In this document: one piece after another, positions 27,560 to 36,505 of the stretch
Layout: every line of letters begins with the position of its first letter
Position numbering within the stretch: the first letter of the stretch is position 1
Source: a virus
Lineage: Duplodnaviria > Caudoviricetes
Reading direction: 5' to 3' (one strand)
IMG/VR virus record: IMGVR_UViG_3300037313_001003
Coordinates: 1-43,197 of that record
Length of the DNA stretch: 43,197 bases
Program-made: the position numbers and the translations under genes
Notes under the pieces: generated by a model
What the model was told of the DNA's origin: nothing
Database searches by the model: none
What the model saw: only the letters and a program-made list of their open reading frames with translations

Positions 27560-27970
27560 TCATTTGATTGCCTCCTTAAACAAGGTTGTACATGCAGGGT
27601 GTGTTTCAGTTGCAGGCATAACTACCGCGTGAATAGGTCTATCGCAGTCAGGACAGAACCAAGTCTTTATCCTGTCGGCAAACTCAGATACAACACGTGC
27701 TGGTTCACTTTCGGCGTGCATGAGAATAATAGCGTCTACAATGAGCGCTGCTAGGTGGTCTTCTGATTTGTCACCGTCTTGAGCTTGTCTTAGGTGACGG
27801 TGAATACTTGCGTAATACGTTTGACGATCGTTCCAGGTAGCTTTGCGCCAGTCGTCTCTAGCGTACTTATCAGCTCCCATTTGGAAACGGTCAATGATAC
27901 GTTCCTCATACTCAAGTGGCATGAGTGTGTAGTCTCGTTTCTCTGACTTGTCCTCGCGCAGTAGTGCCAC
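27560..27970 (-). CDS. dATP/dGTP diphosphohydrolase-domain protein (DUF5664-like) with C-terminal Cys/His cluster
   Basis: GADKY..DDWRK, YASIHRHL, EDHLA motifs. Confidence 0.75.
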   Translation of the reverse strand: MALLREDKSEKRDYTLMPLEYEERIIDRFQMGADKYARDDWRKATWNDRQTYYASIHRHLRQAQDGDKSEDHLAALIVDAIILMHAESEPARVVSEFADRIKTWFCPDCDRPIHAVVMPATETHPACTTLFKEAIK

Positions 27971-28154
27971 GATGTTTACCCTCTAATCGCTTCCGTACTC
28001 GTGGTGGGGGTCTGTGTTTGAGTGAGTAAGTTGGGTGTAACTTATACAGACCGCCCAAGCATTTGGGTGAGAAAGGTGCTAGGGCAAAGAGTTGCCCCAC
28101 CATAAATACGGGAGAGATTGTTAATCGTACGCGAAACGATTACTACTTAGGCTG

Positions 28155-28183
28155 ATAGTATCACGCTCATGTTAATAAGTCAA
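28155..28183 (-). promoter_or_regulatory. Sigma70 promoter upstream of middle/packaging genes
   Basis: TTGACT-17-TACTAT with TG extension. Confidence 0.6.
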
Positions 28184-28188
28184 TACTG

Positions 28189-28323
28189 TTAGAATCTAAT
28201 ATCGTCAGTATCTATGCCTTCGTCTTCGAGAACTCTTTTGGCCCTAGCGATACCATCTTGTACACCGCTACCACGGCCGATGATGAATCCTACGATGAAT
28301 GCGACAATAATAGCTATAATCAT
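28189..28323 (-). CDS. Small membrane protein (44 aa, possibly leaderless)
   Basis: MIIAIIVAFIVGFIIGRG...DTDDIRF*; TGATACAGT 6 bp upstream of ATG. Confidence 0.55.
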   Translation of the reverse strand: MIIAIIVAFIVGFIIGRGSGVQDGIARAKRVLEDEGIDTDDIRF

Positions 28324-28340
28324 GCATTTACTGTATCACA

Positions 28341-28380
28341 AAAGAAAAGAACCCTAACCGAGGGTAAAGGTTAGAGTTCT
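28341..28380 (-). terminator. Intrinsic terminator ending the early region
   Basis: Minus strand AGAACTCTAACC-loop-GGTTAGGGTTCT-TTTCTTT. Confidence 0.75.
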
Positions 28381-28657
28381 GATCTTGAGATTTACGATGC
28401 TACCCTAGAAGGACTAGGTGGTTCAGTGCAGCCTGATGTGCTTCACCTTCTGTCGCGTATGAATTAGGGAGTACTGTATGCCCTTTATCGTGCACAATAA
28501 GAGCATGAAACCCATCTGCTTGACGAGCTACTATAACGTTATGCATTTAGCTAGCTTTTCCTTCCTCACGCGAACACTTTTAGCATACATGAGCGGTATG
28601 GATATAGCTGTAAGATTACTTACTTTGGTGTAACTATGAGTAGAAGCTGTAAGACGC

Positions 28658-28825
28658 TTATTCGCAGATACCACCATCCTCTGGGTGGACTTCACAGGTA
28701 TCATCTGAAGACCCATGGTATAGAGTATTGTGTGCTCGATGCATATATGCGAAAACAGCAAATAGTAGGATCACTACGATAATAACTATAAGATTCTCGC
28801 GGTTCTGTCTGTCTCGCTTTTCCAT
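28658..28825 (-). CDS. Small membrane protein (55 aa, not in ORF track)
   Basis: MEKRDRQNRENLIVIIVVILLFAVFAY...; single TM helix. Confidence 0.5.
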   Translation of the reverse strand: MEKRDRQNRENLIVIIVVILLFAVFAYMHRAHNTLYHGSSDDTCEVHPEDGGICE

Positions 28826-28837
28826 AGTGTTATTGTA

Positions 28838-29029
28838 CTACCTTGCCTTAACGCACATCTCATTATGCAACTGTACGAACTTCTCTCTGGCTCTCTCATT
28901 GTCCCAGCTTCCATTATGGATAACCTCAGCTACTTGGTCTTCTATCCATTCGTGGATTGAGTCATAACCTTTAATAGGGTGTTTCTCTACTAGTCTTTTT
29001 AGGGCTTCTCTAAACATGTCTTCAGGCAT
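28838..29029 (-). CDS. Hypothetical protein
   Basis: Early-gene array. Confidence 0.55.
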   Translation of the reverse strand: MPEDMFREALKRLVEKHPIKGYDSIHEWIEDQVAEVIHNGSWDNERAREKFVQLHNEMCVKAR

Positions 29030-29106
29030 GAGAGTATTGTACTACTTAGGCGGATTTGTGGTCACCTGTATTGGCTTCTGAGCCTGGGGTAGCCAAGTCG
29101 CTAACC

Positions 29107-29319
29107 TCACCTAGCTTTCAAGTATTTCATACTATCTAAGCACTTATTCACAAACTCCAGCTTTAACACGTCTTCGGTGTTTCTGGTGTAGGGTGAGGAT
29201 ACGTCCAGACTTTTTGCTCTATGTAATTCTCGCAAATGACTGATATTCATATCTAACTGTTTCAGACCATCTACGAACTGCTGCCCTAAGTAGGCTTCTT
29301 GTTTAGTTTCGTTACTCAT
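29107..29319 (-). CDS. Hypothetical protein
   Basis: GGAG SD; early-gene array. Confidence 0.6.
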   Translation of the reverse strand: MSNETKQEAYLGQQFVDGLKQLDMNISHLRELHRAKSLDVSSPYTRNTEDVLKLEFVNKCLDSMKYLKAR

Positions 29320-29458
29320 ACTTTTACTATTCTCCGTACGATACTTATTCCCAATAATATTGCGAGTAGTGTCAATGTTATTCTAAAGCTCAAGAATACC
29401 GATAGAACCATCCACAGTGAAAGGGTGCTCTGCAAAGTGTTAAAGCTGTGTACCATCT

Positions 29459-29749
29459 CTATCCTTCTCTCTCTTTTTGGCGGTTGAGTTCAGCTATACG
29501 TTCATCGTATTCGATTAAACTATCAGGTCTGTCTACATATTCAGACAATCGCCTTATCATTGGTCGCCACTTCATAAGTTCTTCTATCTTTGCCTCTACT
29601 ATGTGCTGCTGTATGGCTGCCTTAGCTTCCTTATAGTCACGAATAGTACTGTTATCCTCGCTTTGTTCCCAGATAACATTGTCAAGTATTTCATCTAACC
29701 AGTCTTCGTTCGGTGAGGTAGTCATGCTTGCTTCCATACCTTTCCGCAA
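29459..29749 (-). CDS. Hypothetical protein (paralog of 30353-30832)
   Basis: WLDEILD, EAKIEEL, ERIAEL motifs. Confidence 0.7.
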   Translation of the reverse strand: MRKGMEASMTTSPNEDWLDEILDNVIWEQSEDNSTIRDYKEAKAAIQQHIVEAKIEELMKWRPMIRRLSEYVDRPDSLIEYDERIAELNRQKEREG

Positions 29750-30068
29750 TTATTACAAATTACTGCATTTACCAGTGGCAGAGATTTAAGGCTTGTGTGA
29801 GGACAGGGGTTGGAGATTGGTATCATAACTGCTCTCCACATCTGAAACATCGAGCAGTACTACCGAATACGTGCCAGTAGTGGCCATTGAGTAGACATGT
29901 TAGCGTTGTGCTCATAGATTCCCTAACTTATTAGTCCAGCCGCCATTAACTTTGACTGGTATTCTGAAACATCGTGATGATGACTTAATTGGTATACTCA
30001 TACATCCTCCTCCTCTGGCTCGCTCCAAGGGTCTGTTAAGTCGCAAAATATATCCCAGAGTAATCCCA

Positions 30069-30362
30069 TCATACATCTCCCTTCTTGCTTCTGTGGTTGA
30101 GGAGGAGTTGCTTTACCTCGGTTTTATGTACGTGGCTTATCTTAGATTTCACTATTTCGCATAGTTCTAAGCCGTCTAGTTCCCCAAGCAAGGTGTCAAT
30201 TAGTTGGTCGTTGTGGGTTTGGATGAGCTGCATGATTTCGGCTTGTTCGGCGGCTGAGAGAACTGCATAGGTTTCAGCTTTATGAACTTTTATAGTTCGT
30301 ACTGTTTCTAGTTCACCGGCTAATTTTTCTTGCAATGCTGACTGGTCATTATTTACCGCCAT
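30069..30362 (-). CDS. Hypothetical protein
   Basis: Coupled to upstream gene. Confidence 0.65.
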   Translation of the reverse strand: MAVNNDQSALQEKLAGELETVRTIKVHKAETYAVLSAAEQAEIMQLIQTHNDQLIDTLLGELDGLELCEIVKSKISHVHKTEVKQLLLNHRSKKGDV

Positions 30363-30832
30363 CGATATTCTCCTGTTCCTGTAGGCTCGGTATCTTCTCC
30401 GCTCTGTTTCAGCTCTTTGATTCGGTCATTCAAATACGGAACTGTAATAAAGGCATCGTTCGAAAAGCTACTGATGATGCCGGTTTTTAGTAACTTCTCT
30501 AGCTCATCAATTCTTGCCTCGTTAAGTCTCTTTTTCAAGTAGACTGCAAACTCAGCATTCATTTCGTTACGTTGCTCTACTATCCGGCGGCGTATTTCGG
30601 CGGCTGCGGCTGCTTTCAAATGGTCAAGTCGAGCATTGGCTGTATCTAAGACCGCCTTATTGTCTCCGAATAATTCAGCTTCGGCGGCAAAATCAACTGA
30701 AGCTTGCTTAAAATTGATTGCTGCGTCTAATAAGTCCTCTATCCATGAATCGTTATTGCTTGGTGAGCATAAATCACCCCAGTTGCAGTACTTGTTTGAA
30801 CATAAAGCACAGCCATTGTTTGAGGTGGTCAT
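30353..30832 (-). CDS. Hypothetical protein
   Basis: WIEDLLD, EARIDEL, DRIKEL motifs. Confidence 0.7.
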   Translation of the reverse strand: MTTSNNGCALCSNKYCNWGDLCSPSNNDSWIEDLLDAAINFKQASVDFAAEAELFGDNKAVLDTANARLDHLKAAAAAEIRRRIVEQRNEMNAEFAVYLKKRLNEARIDELEKLLKTGIISSFSNDAFITVPYLNDRIKELKQSGEDTEPTGTGEYRWR

Positions 30833-30970
30833 AGCCTATCTCGCTTATTCCGTTTAATTTTTCCGGAGCCTTTACATGTCGGACAGGTTACAACTTCTCG
30901 TACCATAGGGCATATGCCGGCAATGTGACCACCAGGCTGACCACAGTTCTTACAATTCTTTGGTTTCATA

Positions 30971-31285
30971 TTACAGTCCCTTCCTTACATCCTCTATAGT
31001 TGCGTTAAATTGGTCTACTGCCATATTGTGACCTCTTGCTAGGTCTGGATGGTCTGGGTTTGCGTTCCATTTCTCCGGCACTCCTGCCTGTAGGCAATCG
31101 AGGAGGGCTTGTTTTTCTGATTTTATGAGGGCTATAACCCGTTCAAGCTCCCATTCAATAGCCTTTTTGTAGTTATCTTCTGTATAGAAGCCATCTTGAA
31201 GCTCAGAGAAGGCCATGTCACACTTCACGCGATAATTGACAATAGCTCTGCGTAGCTCGTCATCTGGATTAGGTAGTGAGGTCAT
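30971..31285 (-). CDS. Hypothetical protein
   Basis: ATGA-coupled. Confidence 0.7.
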   Translation of the reverse strand: MTSLPNPDDELRRAIVNYRVKCDMAFSELQDGFYTEDNYKKAIEWELERVIALIKSEKQALLDCLQAGVPEKWNANPDHPDLARGHNMAVDQFNATIEDVRKGL

Positions 31286-31536
31286 AGTTTATCCACTCCT
31301 ACATCCTCCAAAACTTCACCATCTTTGGAGATTTCCACTCCCCACATATTCGGGTTAGGCACTTTATGCAATCTCACTTCAAAACCAGGCTCATACTTCA
31401 ACTTTTCGGTGCGTTCCTTGGTCTTAGCGGCCAATGCTTCGAGGCTGCGGATAATTGCAACAATCAACAGCACGGCTATCACGGGCGTTAGTACGCCACC
31501 AACTACCTGAACTGTATCAATATATAAATTACTCAT
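31282..31536 (-). CDS. Hypothetical membrane protein
   Basis: N-terminal TM helix; ATGA-coupled. Confidence 0.65.
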   Translation of the reverse strand: MSNLYIDTVQVVGGVLTPVIAVLLIVAIIRSLEALAAKTKERTEKLKYEPGFEVRLHKVPNPNMWGVEISKDGEVLEDVGVDKL

Positions 31537-31934
31537 AGCTCTGTACTCTCTTTCTGTAAGATACCGTCTTTGAATAGTTGTATGGCGAGCAGGATTAGGG
31601 CGTCCTCCGGGGTGTCAGCAACCCCATGAGCAATGCCGGGATATGTCAGTGTCGTCTTGTCGGTTTTGTAGGCATACTTAGCCTGCCATTTGCCGTACAG
31701 TCCAGCTTCGATGTTGAGATGCGGATATTTGCCATTTTCTCGTAGCTTGCGCAGCAGAAAGCCTGAATCAAAGGCGGGTAAGTCAATACCAGGCATATAC
31801 TTTTCATTTTTATGCGCTAAGAACATATGCTGCTCGTTACCAAAGTTATAGCCATGACGCATAACATGTGAGGTATCATCCCAGCCCGATAGCTCAAACA
31901 GTGCTTTACAGTTATTTAAATTGGCGACATTCAT
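31533..31934 (-). CDS. Hypothetical phage protein
   Basis: PAFDSGFLLRKL...ADTPEDA pattern; ATGA-coupled. Confidence 0.75.
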   Translation of the reverse strand: MNVANLNNCKALFELSGWDDTSHVMRHGYNFGNEQHMFLAHKNEKYMPGIDLPAFDSGFLLRKLRENGKYPHLNIEAGLYGKWQAKYAYKTDKTTLTYPGIAHGVADTPEDALILLAIQLFKDGILQKESTEL

Positions 31935-32177
31935 CCTAGTACTTCTCCCTTTTAATCCTTGGCTTTCGTGGGGCGGTCTAAATACCTTTTAGCAGCCCAA
32001 GAAACAACTAACTTTTCGCACTCCTCACGTAACGCTTCATCCTCAATAGCCCATTTTGGTTCAGTCAACTTAGCGTGAAGTTCGGTCATAACCCATTTAT
32101 CCAATCTATGATTCGTAGTCCAATGAGATACAGTAGACTGATACCAGTGAAGATTAGAATAGTTTTAGTTAGGTCGG

Positions 32178-32684
32178 TCATGATGGTTCCTTTGCGGATT
32201 TGAGAGTATCTGTAGTGGTTTCTGAGTCTGTACTAGCCAAGTCGTTAACCGTATCTAGCCGCCAACAATCGTCATACCACTTTTTATCTACTATCGACAT
32301 ATCCACATGCTGCGAGAGTTTATCGTGAAATAGCGTACCTCGATAACCAGCTGAAAGTAGGGTGTGAGCAAAAGCTGTATGTAAAACGCGCTTATCGTCT
32401 GCTTTGATAGACTTAATCTTCTTAATCTCTTTTTCGCTTAGGTGTAAACCCGCCTCGGCAAGTTTCCGAATATCGCTCTGAGCCTTGTGTTTGTAGTCTT
32501 GTAAGTGTTCGGAGTAGATAGCAATTACCTGTGGTATATCAATCTTCTCTATTTCTAGTAATTGCAATATTAGGAAATTTATCTCCTGACGGCTCAAGCC
32601 GTTCAATACCTTAGCAGCTTCACTTAGGCTAGCGACTTGTTTGCCACTGGCTTGAGTTGTCTCTGATTTACTTGAATCCGCCAT
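32178..32684 (-). CDS. Hypothetical protein
   Basis: 168-aa ORF with AAGG SD. Confidence 0.7.
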   Translation of the reverse strand: MADSSKSETTQASGKQVASLSEAAKVLNGLSRQEINFLILQLLEIEKIDIPQVIAIYSEHLQDYKHKAQSDIRKLAEAGLHLSEKEIKKIKSIKADDKRVLHTAFAHTLLSAGYRGTLFHDKLSQHVDMSIVDKKWYDDCWRLDTVNDLASTDSETTTDTLKSAKEPS

Positions 32685-32821
32685 AGTTACACCTTCAACA
32701 CATCCATATACATAAGAATGAATATCGCTACTACTGAGTAGGCTATAAACTTAACTGCTTCCCATTTGAGTACTTTTAAAACTTCCATATCTTTCCTTTG
32801 CGTGGATATTCGTACTTGAGC

Positions 32822-33019
32822 TTATACGTCTGTAGACTTACGGCGGCTAATCCGACCACCTTTTGCTCCGGCGAGCCTGGCTCGTTCTCGGTTGAGGGCA
32901 AAGCCTTTCGGGACTTTAGCGGCACCACCTTTAGCACCAATCTTTGCATAGTAGTCATGCCCGTATTTCTCCTTGTTGGTTTGAGCGGCTTGTACTCCGC
33001 TTTTGTATGATCCTGCCAT
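32822..33019 (-). CDS. KGG-repeat (general stress/GsiB-like) small protein
   Basis: YYAKIGAKGG and ARLAGAKGG repeats. Confidence 0.75.
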   Translation of the reverse strand: MAGSYKSGVQAAQTNKEKYGHDYYAKIGAKGGAAKVPKGFALNRERARLAGAKGGRISRRKSTDV

Positions 33020-33021
33020 TG

Positions 33022-33399
33022 TTATCTCCTGTAACTTCGTTGTTTAACGACGGTGTAGGTGTGGTCGAGGTTCATGGGTAGCCATATTTCCTCTAAAAAC
33101 TTACGCCGCCACTTGTAATCTGTGGTTTCGACTCCTTTTGCCTCATAAAGTTCAAATGAGCCGTCGTTATGGTGTATCCTGAAATCGACTTTATGTGACA
33201 CTTTGAACGCTGGTAGTCCATCGGGACGATGACACCAGACTTCAACCTTGTACTGCCGATCGTAGGTTTTAATGTCCTTGGCTTTTACTCGTAGATCGAG
33301 CTCTGCAGCCACACTTGCTTCAAACTTACTGTCGTACTTGTAACCGTCGTACTCCGTTTTCTTCGCACCGTACTTGTTGCCGTATCGTTGGTAGTACAT
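33022..33399 (-). CDS. DUF1064-like PD-(D/E)XK nuclease
   Basis: NKYGAKKT..DG..YDSKFE, VDF, EAKG. Confidence 0.85.
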   Translation of the reverse strand: MYYQRYGNKYGAKKTEYDGYKYDSKFEASVAAELDLRVKAKDIKTYDRQYKVEVWCHRPDGLPAFKVSHKVDFRIHHNDGSFELYEAKGVETTDYKWRRKFLEEIWLPMNLDHTYTVVKQRSYRR

Positions 33400-33641
33400 T
33401 AGTCGCGACTACTCATCTCAAAACGGTATTCCAGTTTGAACCAGAACTTATTGCGCTGTGGCTTACGGAACATGGTTCCTTGGTCACGGCTGATCGAGAT
33501 CTCGTAGCCGTCGTTTCTCAGTTCGTAGATGCGGGCTGAGTAGCGCGGGGTGATCTTAAACAGTTCATAGTTCGATACTCGGTCGGTGGTCTGTAATTTG
33601 CGGAGTATTTGTTTATAGTGAGTCTCTTTGACTGCTTGCAT
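33399..33641 (-). CDS. Winged helix-turn-helix protein
   Basis: QILRKL...RYSARIYELRNDGYEI pattern. Confidence 0.7.
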   Translation of the reverse strand: MQAVKETHYKQILRKLQTTDRVSNYELFKITPRYSARIYELRNDGYEISISRDQGTMFRKPQRNKFWFKLEYRFEMSSRD

Positions 33642-33762
33642 CTTTTTACCCTCGATTTAAAAGTTATCGCCAGACACTCTTGAAGCACTGCTTGCAGGCT
33701 GCTTTGCGGTGTGGTTTGCATTCCATCACACCTGCAACTGCGTTCGTTCTCATAATTCCCCC

Positions 33763-34371
33763 TTAGTTAATGGCTGGGATTTCGTCTACATTGATTCCAT
33801 CGGCTCGTAAGGCCCGCTGAAGACTTTCCCATTCTTCATCTTGTTTGACGTTGTGTGAGACATTCTTTCTTAGAACACTGGCGGCCGGTTGCGGTTCCGT
33901 CTCTTTAATCTCTTGAGTCCTTAAGCCATGCGAGGGCTGAGAACCAGTGTTAAAATCCGATCCTTTGACACGATCTACCATTGCGTAGAAGCGTATTGCT
34001 GCAGCCTCGATCTCATCGGGAGCTGCGTTACCCAACTGGTTAACTGCCTGTCCTATCGCCCACTGAGCGCGGATTGCGTTATCGTCACGTGGTTGCCATT
34101 CCTTCTGATCCTTTTTCGGTGCGAAGCTTGGCTTATCTTGTTTCGGTTGGCGGATATATACCTTGCCCTTGTCGTTCTCATAAACTTCGAGATCGCCAGC
34201 AAAATTCAGGTTCGCAATCTTGGCGCTCATCGTTGAGTACAATTCTCGTGTACCGTCCGGTAGCTCTACTTTGACCTTCCAGATCTTCAGATCAGTGCCT
34301 GGTACTTGAAAGGCATCATCTGCCACCCAAACGGTTTTAGTGCCTTCTAATGTCATTAATGTTTGTGCCAT
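33763..34371 (-). CDS. Hypothetical protein, possibly ssDNA-binding/annealing
   Basis: Beta-rich N-terminus, acidic DEIP near C-terminus, adjacent to ssb; function is a guess. Confidence 0.5.
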   Translation of the reverse strand: MAQTLMTLEGTKTVWVADDAFQVPGTDLKIWKVKVELPDGTRELYSTMSAKIANLNFAGDLEVYENDKGKVYIRQPKQDKPSFAPKKDQKEWQPRDDNAIRAQWAIGQAVNQLGNAAPDEIEAAAIRFYAMVDRVKGSDFNTGSQPSHGLRTQEIKETEPQPAASVLRKNVSHNVKQDEEWESLQRALRADGINVDEIPAIN

Positions 34372-34380
34372 GTCAGTCTC

Positions 34381-34937
<557 letters not shown>

Positions 34938-34949
34938 TTCTTTGGTTCC

Positions 34950-35129
34950 TTAGAATGGGATAACTACTGAGTCATCCTGCTTAATTACTTGTACATAGAT
35001 GTCATAGACACCGGCTGGGCCGTCCTCTTGCGTGAGGTTGCCGTCACGAACTACGATCTTGCGAATACCAAGAGCTTCACCGAGTTCGTCGTTTAGTGGC
35101 TCTATCTTCGTCTTAAATTCCTGTAACAT
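34950..35129 (-). CDS. Small acidic protein (59 aa, not in ORF track)
   Basis: AAGGGG SD; MLQEFKTKIEPLNDELGEALG...QDDSVVIPF*. Confidence 0.55.
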   Translation of the reverse strand: MLQEFKTKIEPLNDELGEALGIRKIVVRDGNLTQEDGPAGVYDIYVQVIKQDDSVVIPF

Positions 35130-35144
35130 TGCTTTCCCCTTATC

Positions 35145-35407
35145 CCGCCGATGGACTGATTAGAGCGGATGGCTTACCGTTTCGCGTGATTATTAGTAGC
35201 ATCCCCTCCGCTCAAGCCAGCCCACTGACGTAGTGGTGAGAGAGTCTCGCATGCTCTCCCACCGTGTAAAGCGCATGTCGTTGGTAGCTTGGTGCTTCGA
35301 TACCCATCCTTAGCGTTAGCGGTGGGGGTCATATGGCATAAGGCCACTCCTATCCGTTCCGCAATACTTTGATACCCGCTTTAGTTACCAACACAATGCG
35401 CTTTACG
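35145..35407 (-). ncRNA. Candidate structured RNA in early operon
   Basis: Three consecutive stem domains, incl. a perfect 11-bp GTAAAGCGCAT/ATGCGCTTTAC stem; A-C mismatches on + become G-U on -. Confidence 0.5.
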
Positions 35408-35418
35408 TTTAGAATCGG

Positions 35419-35934
35419 TTAATAGCAAGCAACCTTATGGCGGCAAACGCCCCACTGTCCTATAAAGCTGTGGCCGTTAGCGGCGTATATCTTATAGGCC
35501 CAAGCGACGTTAATGCTTGCTACTTTCAGTTCCGCTTCGCTTGGTCTGGTGAGCGCATTAGCGCCCCAGATGTTTACTTGGAAGCAGCCAACCGAGTAAT
35601 CGTATGTTGACGGGTTATAATTTACTTGCCCCGGGTCTAACCCACTTTCGGCGGTAGAAACTTCTAACGCTACAGTTTGAGACCAATCATACTTGGATAT
35701 CTCAGCTTCACAACTCCCTGTTGGAACTGTTGGTGTAGGTTGCACTGGCTGTTGTGCTTGTTGAGCTTGTGGCTCTGGCGTCTCAGTTGCCGCAACCTTC
35801 ACCTGCGGTGCTGTTGATTGCACCGCTACCGATTCTGACTTTTTAATGTTCTGAGACGCTCGATTCGTGTTGTTTAGGGTCTGATTTGTTGGTATCGCCA
35901 AAATTAAGGCAATAGCAAACCCGACCAATCGCAA
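35419..35934 (-). CDS. Secreted lytic transglycosylase / lysozyme-like protein
   Basis: Signal peptide, Pro/Gln/Thr linker, AESG catalytic Glu, GCFQVN motif; TTG start. Confidence 0.82.
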   Translation of the reverse strand: MRLVGFAIALILAIPTNQTLNNTNRASQNIKKSESVAVQSTAPQVKVAATETPEPQAQQAQQPVQPTPTVPTGSCEAEISKYDWSQTVALEVSTAESGLDPGQVNYNPSTYDYSVGCFQVNIWGANALTRPSEAELKVASINVAWAYKIYAANGHSFIGQWGVCRHKVACY

Positions 35935-36104
35935 TGAACGAATGGCGTACCTCTTTTTAAGTAGATTGAAGGCTCTACATTAGCCTTGGTGAATATGGCT
36001 TCACCGCACCGTATAAACCTCTATGTTCTACCTCTGTTGTGAGCCGACTCATCAAGTCGTTGGCTGCTCATCGGTTGAGGAGAACTCCAGCTTTTTAAGG
36101 GCTG

Positions 36105-36153
36105 GTCTGATGTCGATGATCAGATTTCGTAAATCCTAGTCTCGGCATCAGAC
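36105..36153 (-). promoter_or_regulatory. Leader hairpin, predicted sRNA target
   Basis: Inverted repeat GTCTGATGTCGA/TCGGCATCAGAC; 36126-36151 matches 36427-36452 at 23/26 positions. Confidence 0.6.
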
Positions 36154-36174
36154 TTAAATTAAAAAGTCCGGGGG

Positions 36175-36203
36175 TGGAAATCCCGAACCGTATCTGTTAT
36201 GCT
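36175..36203 (+). promoter_or_regulatory. Phage-borne promoter for the target tRNA
   Basis: TGGAAA-17-TATGCT with TG extension, 12 bp before the tRNA fragment. Confidence 0.5.
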
Positions 36204-36215
36204 AGATGACGTTAT

Positions 36216-36261
36216 GCCATCTTAGCTCAGGGGTAGAGCACTTCCATGGTAAGGAAGGGGT
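36216..36261 (+). tRNA. 5' fragment of tRNA-Thr(GGU); probable att core region
   Basis: GCCATCT-TA-GCTC AGGGGTA GAGC-A-CTTCC ATGGTAA GGAAG-GGGT: intact D and anticodon arms, no T-arm or 3' acceptor strand. Confidence 0.88.
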
Positions 36262-36343
36262 TCTGACCTCTGTACGGTCGAGTTTTCCGAGTGCTAAGCT
36301 TTTAAGGCAACGATTGAAGCGTAATGCTTAATTGTTACTTAAG

Positions 36344-36372
36344 AGTATAGAGCATAAGCGCACTATTGTCAA
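36344..36372 (-). promoter_or_regulatory. Near-consensus leftward sigma70 promoter (candidate early/lytic promoter)
   Basis: TTGACA-17-TATACT on minus strand, pointing across att. Confidence 0.8.
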
Positions 36373-36390
36373 TATATATTGTTAATTAGC

Positions 36391-36419
36391 TTGAACAAAT
36401 TGCGAAACTTTGCTATTAT
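36391..36419 (+). promoter_or_regulatory. Rightward promoter for sRNA / giant RNA
   Basis: TTGAAC-17-TATTAT with TG extension; predicted start ~36426. Confidence 0.7.
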
Positions 36420-36425
36420 ATAAGT

Positions 36426-36505
36426 ATTCGTAAATCCTAATCTCGGTGTCAGTGTATAGCCTGATGCTGAGATCTCGGCAGAAGGCTCCCTCGGGGGCCT
36501 TTTTT
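36426..36505 (+). ncRNA. Putative ~80-nt small RNA, copy 2
   Basis: Bounded by promoter and intrinsic terminator; identical to 1-80. Confidence 0.7.

Noticed and set aside
28590-28602. 13-nt match TGAGCGGTATGGA to the giant RNA core (1190-1202)
   Set aside because: An isolated short match with no supporting context; plausible by chance.
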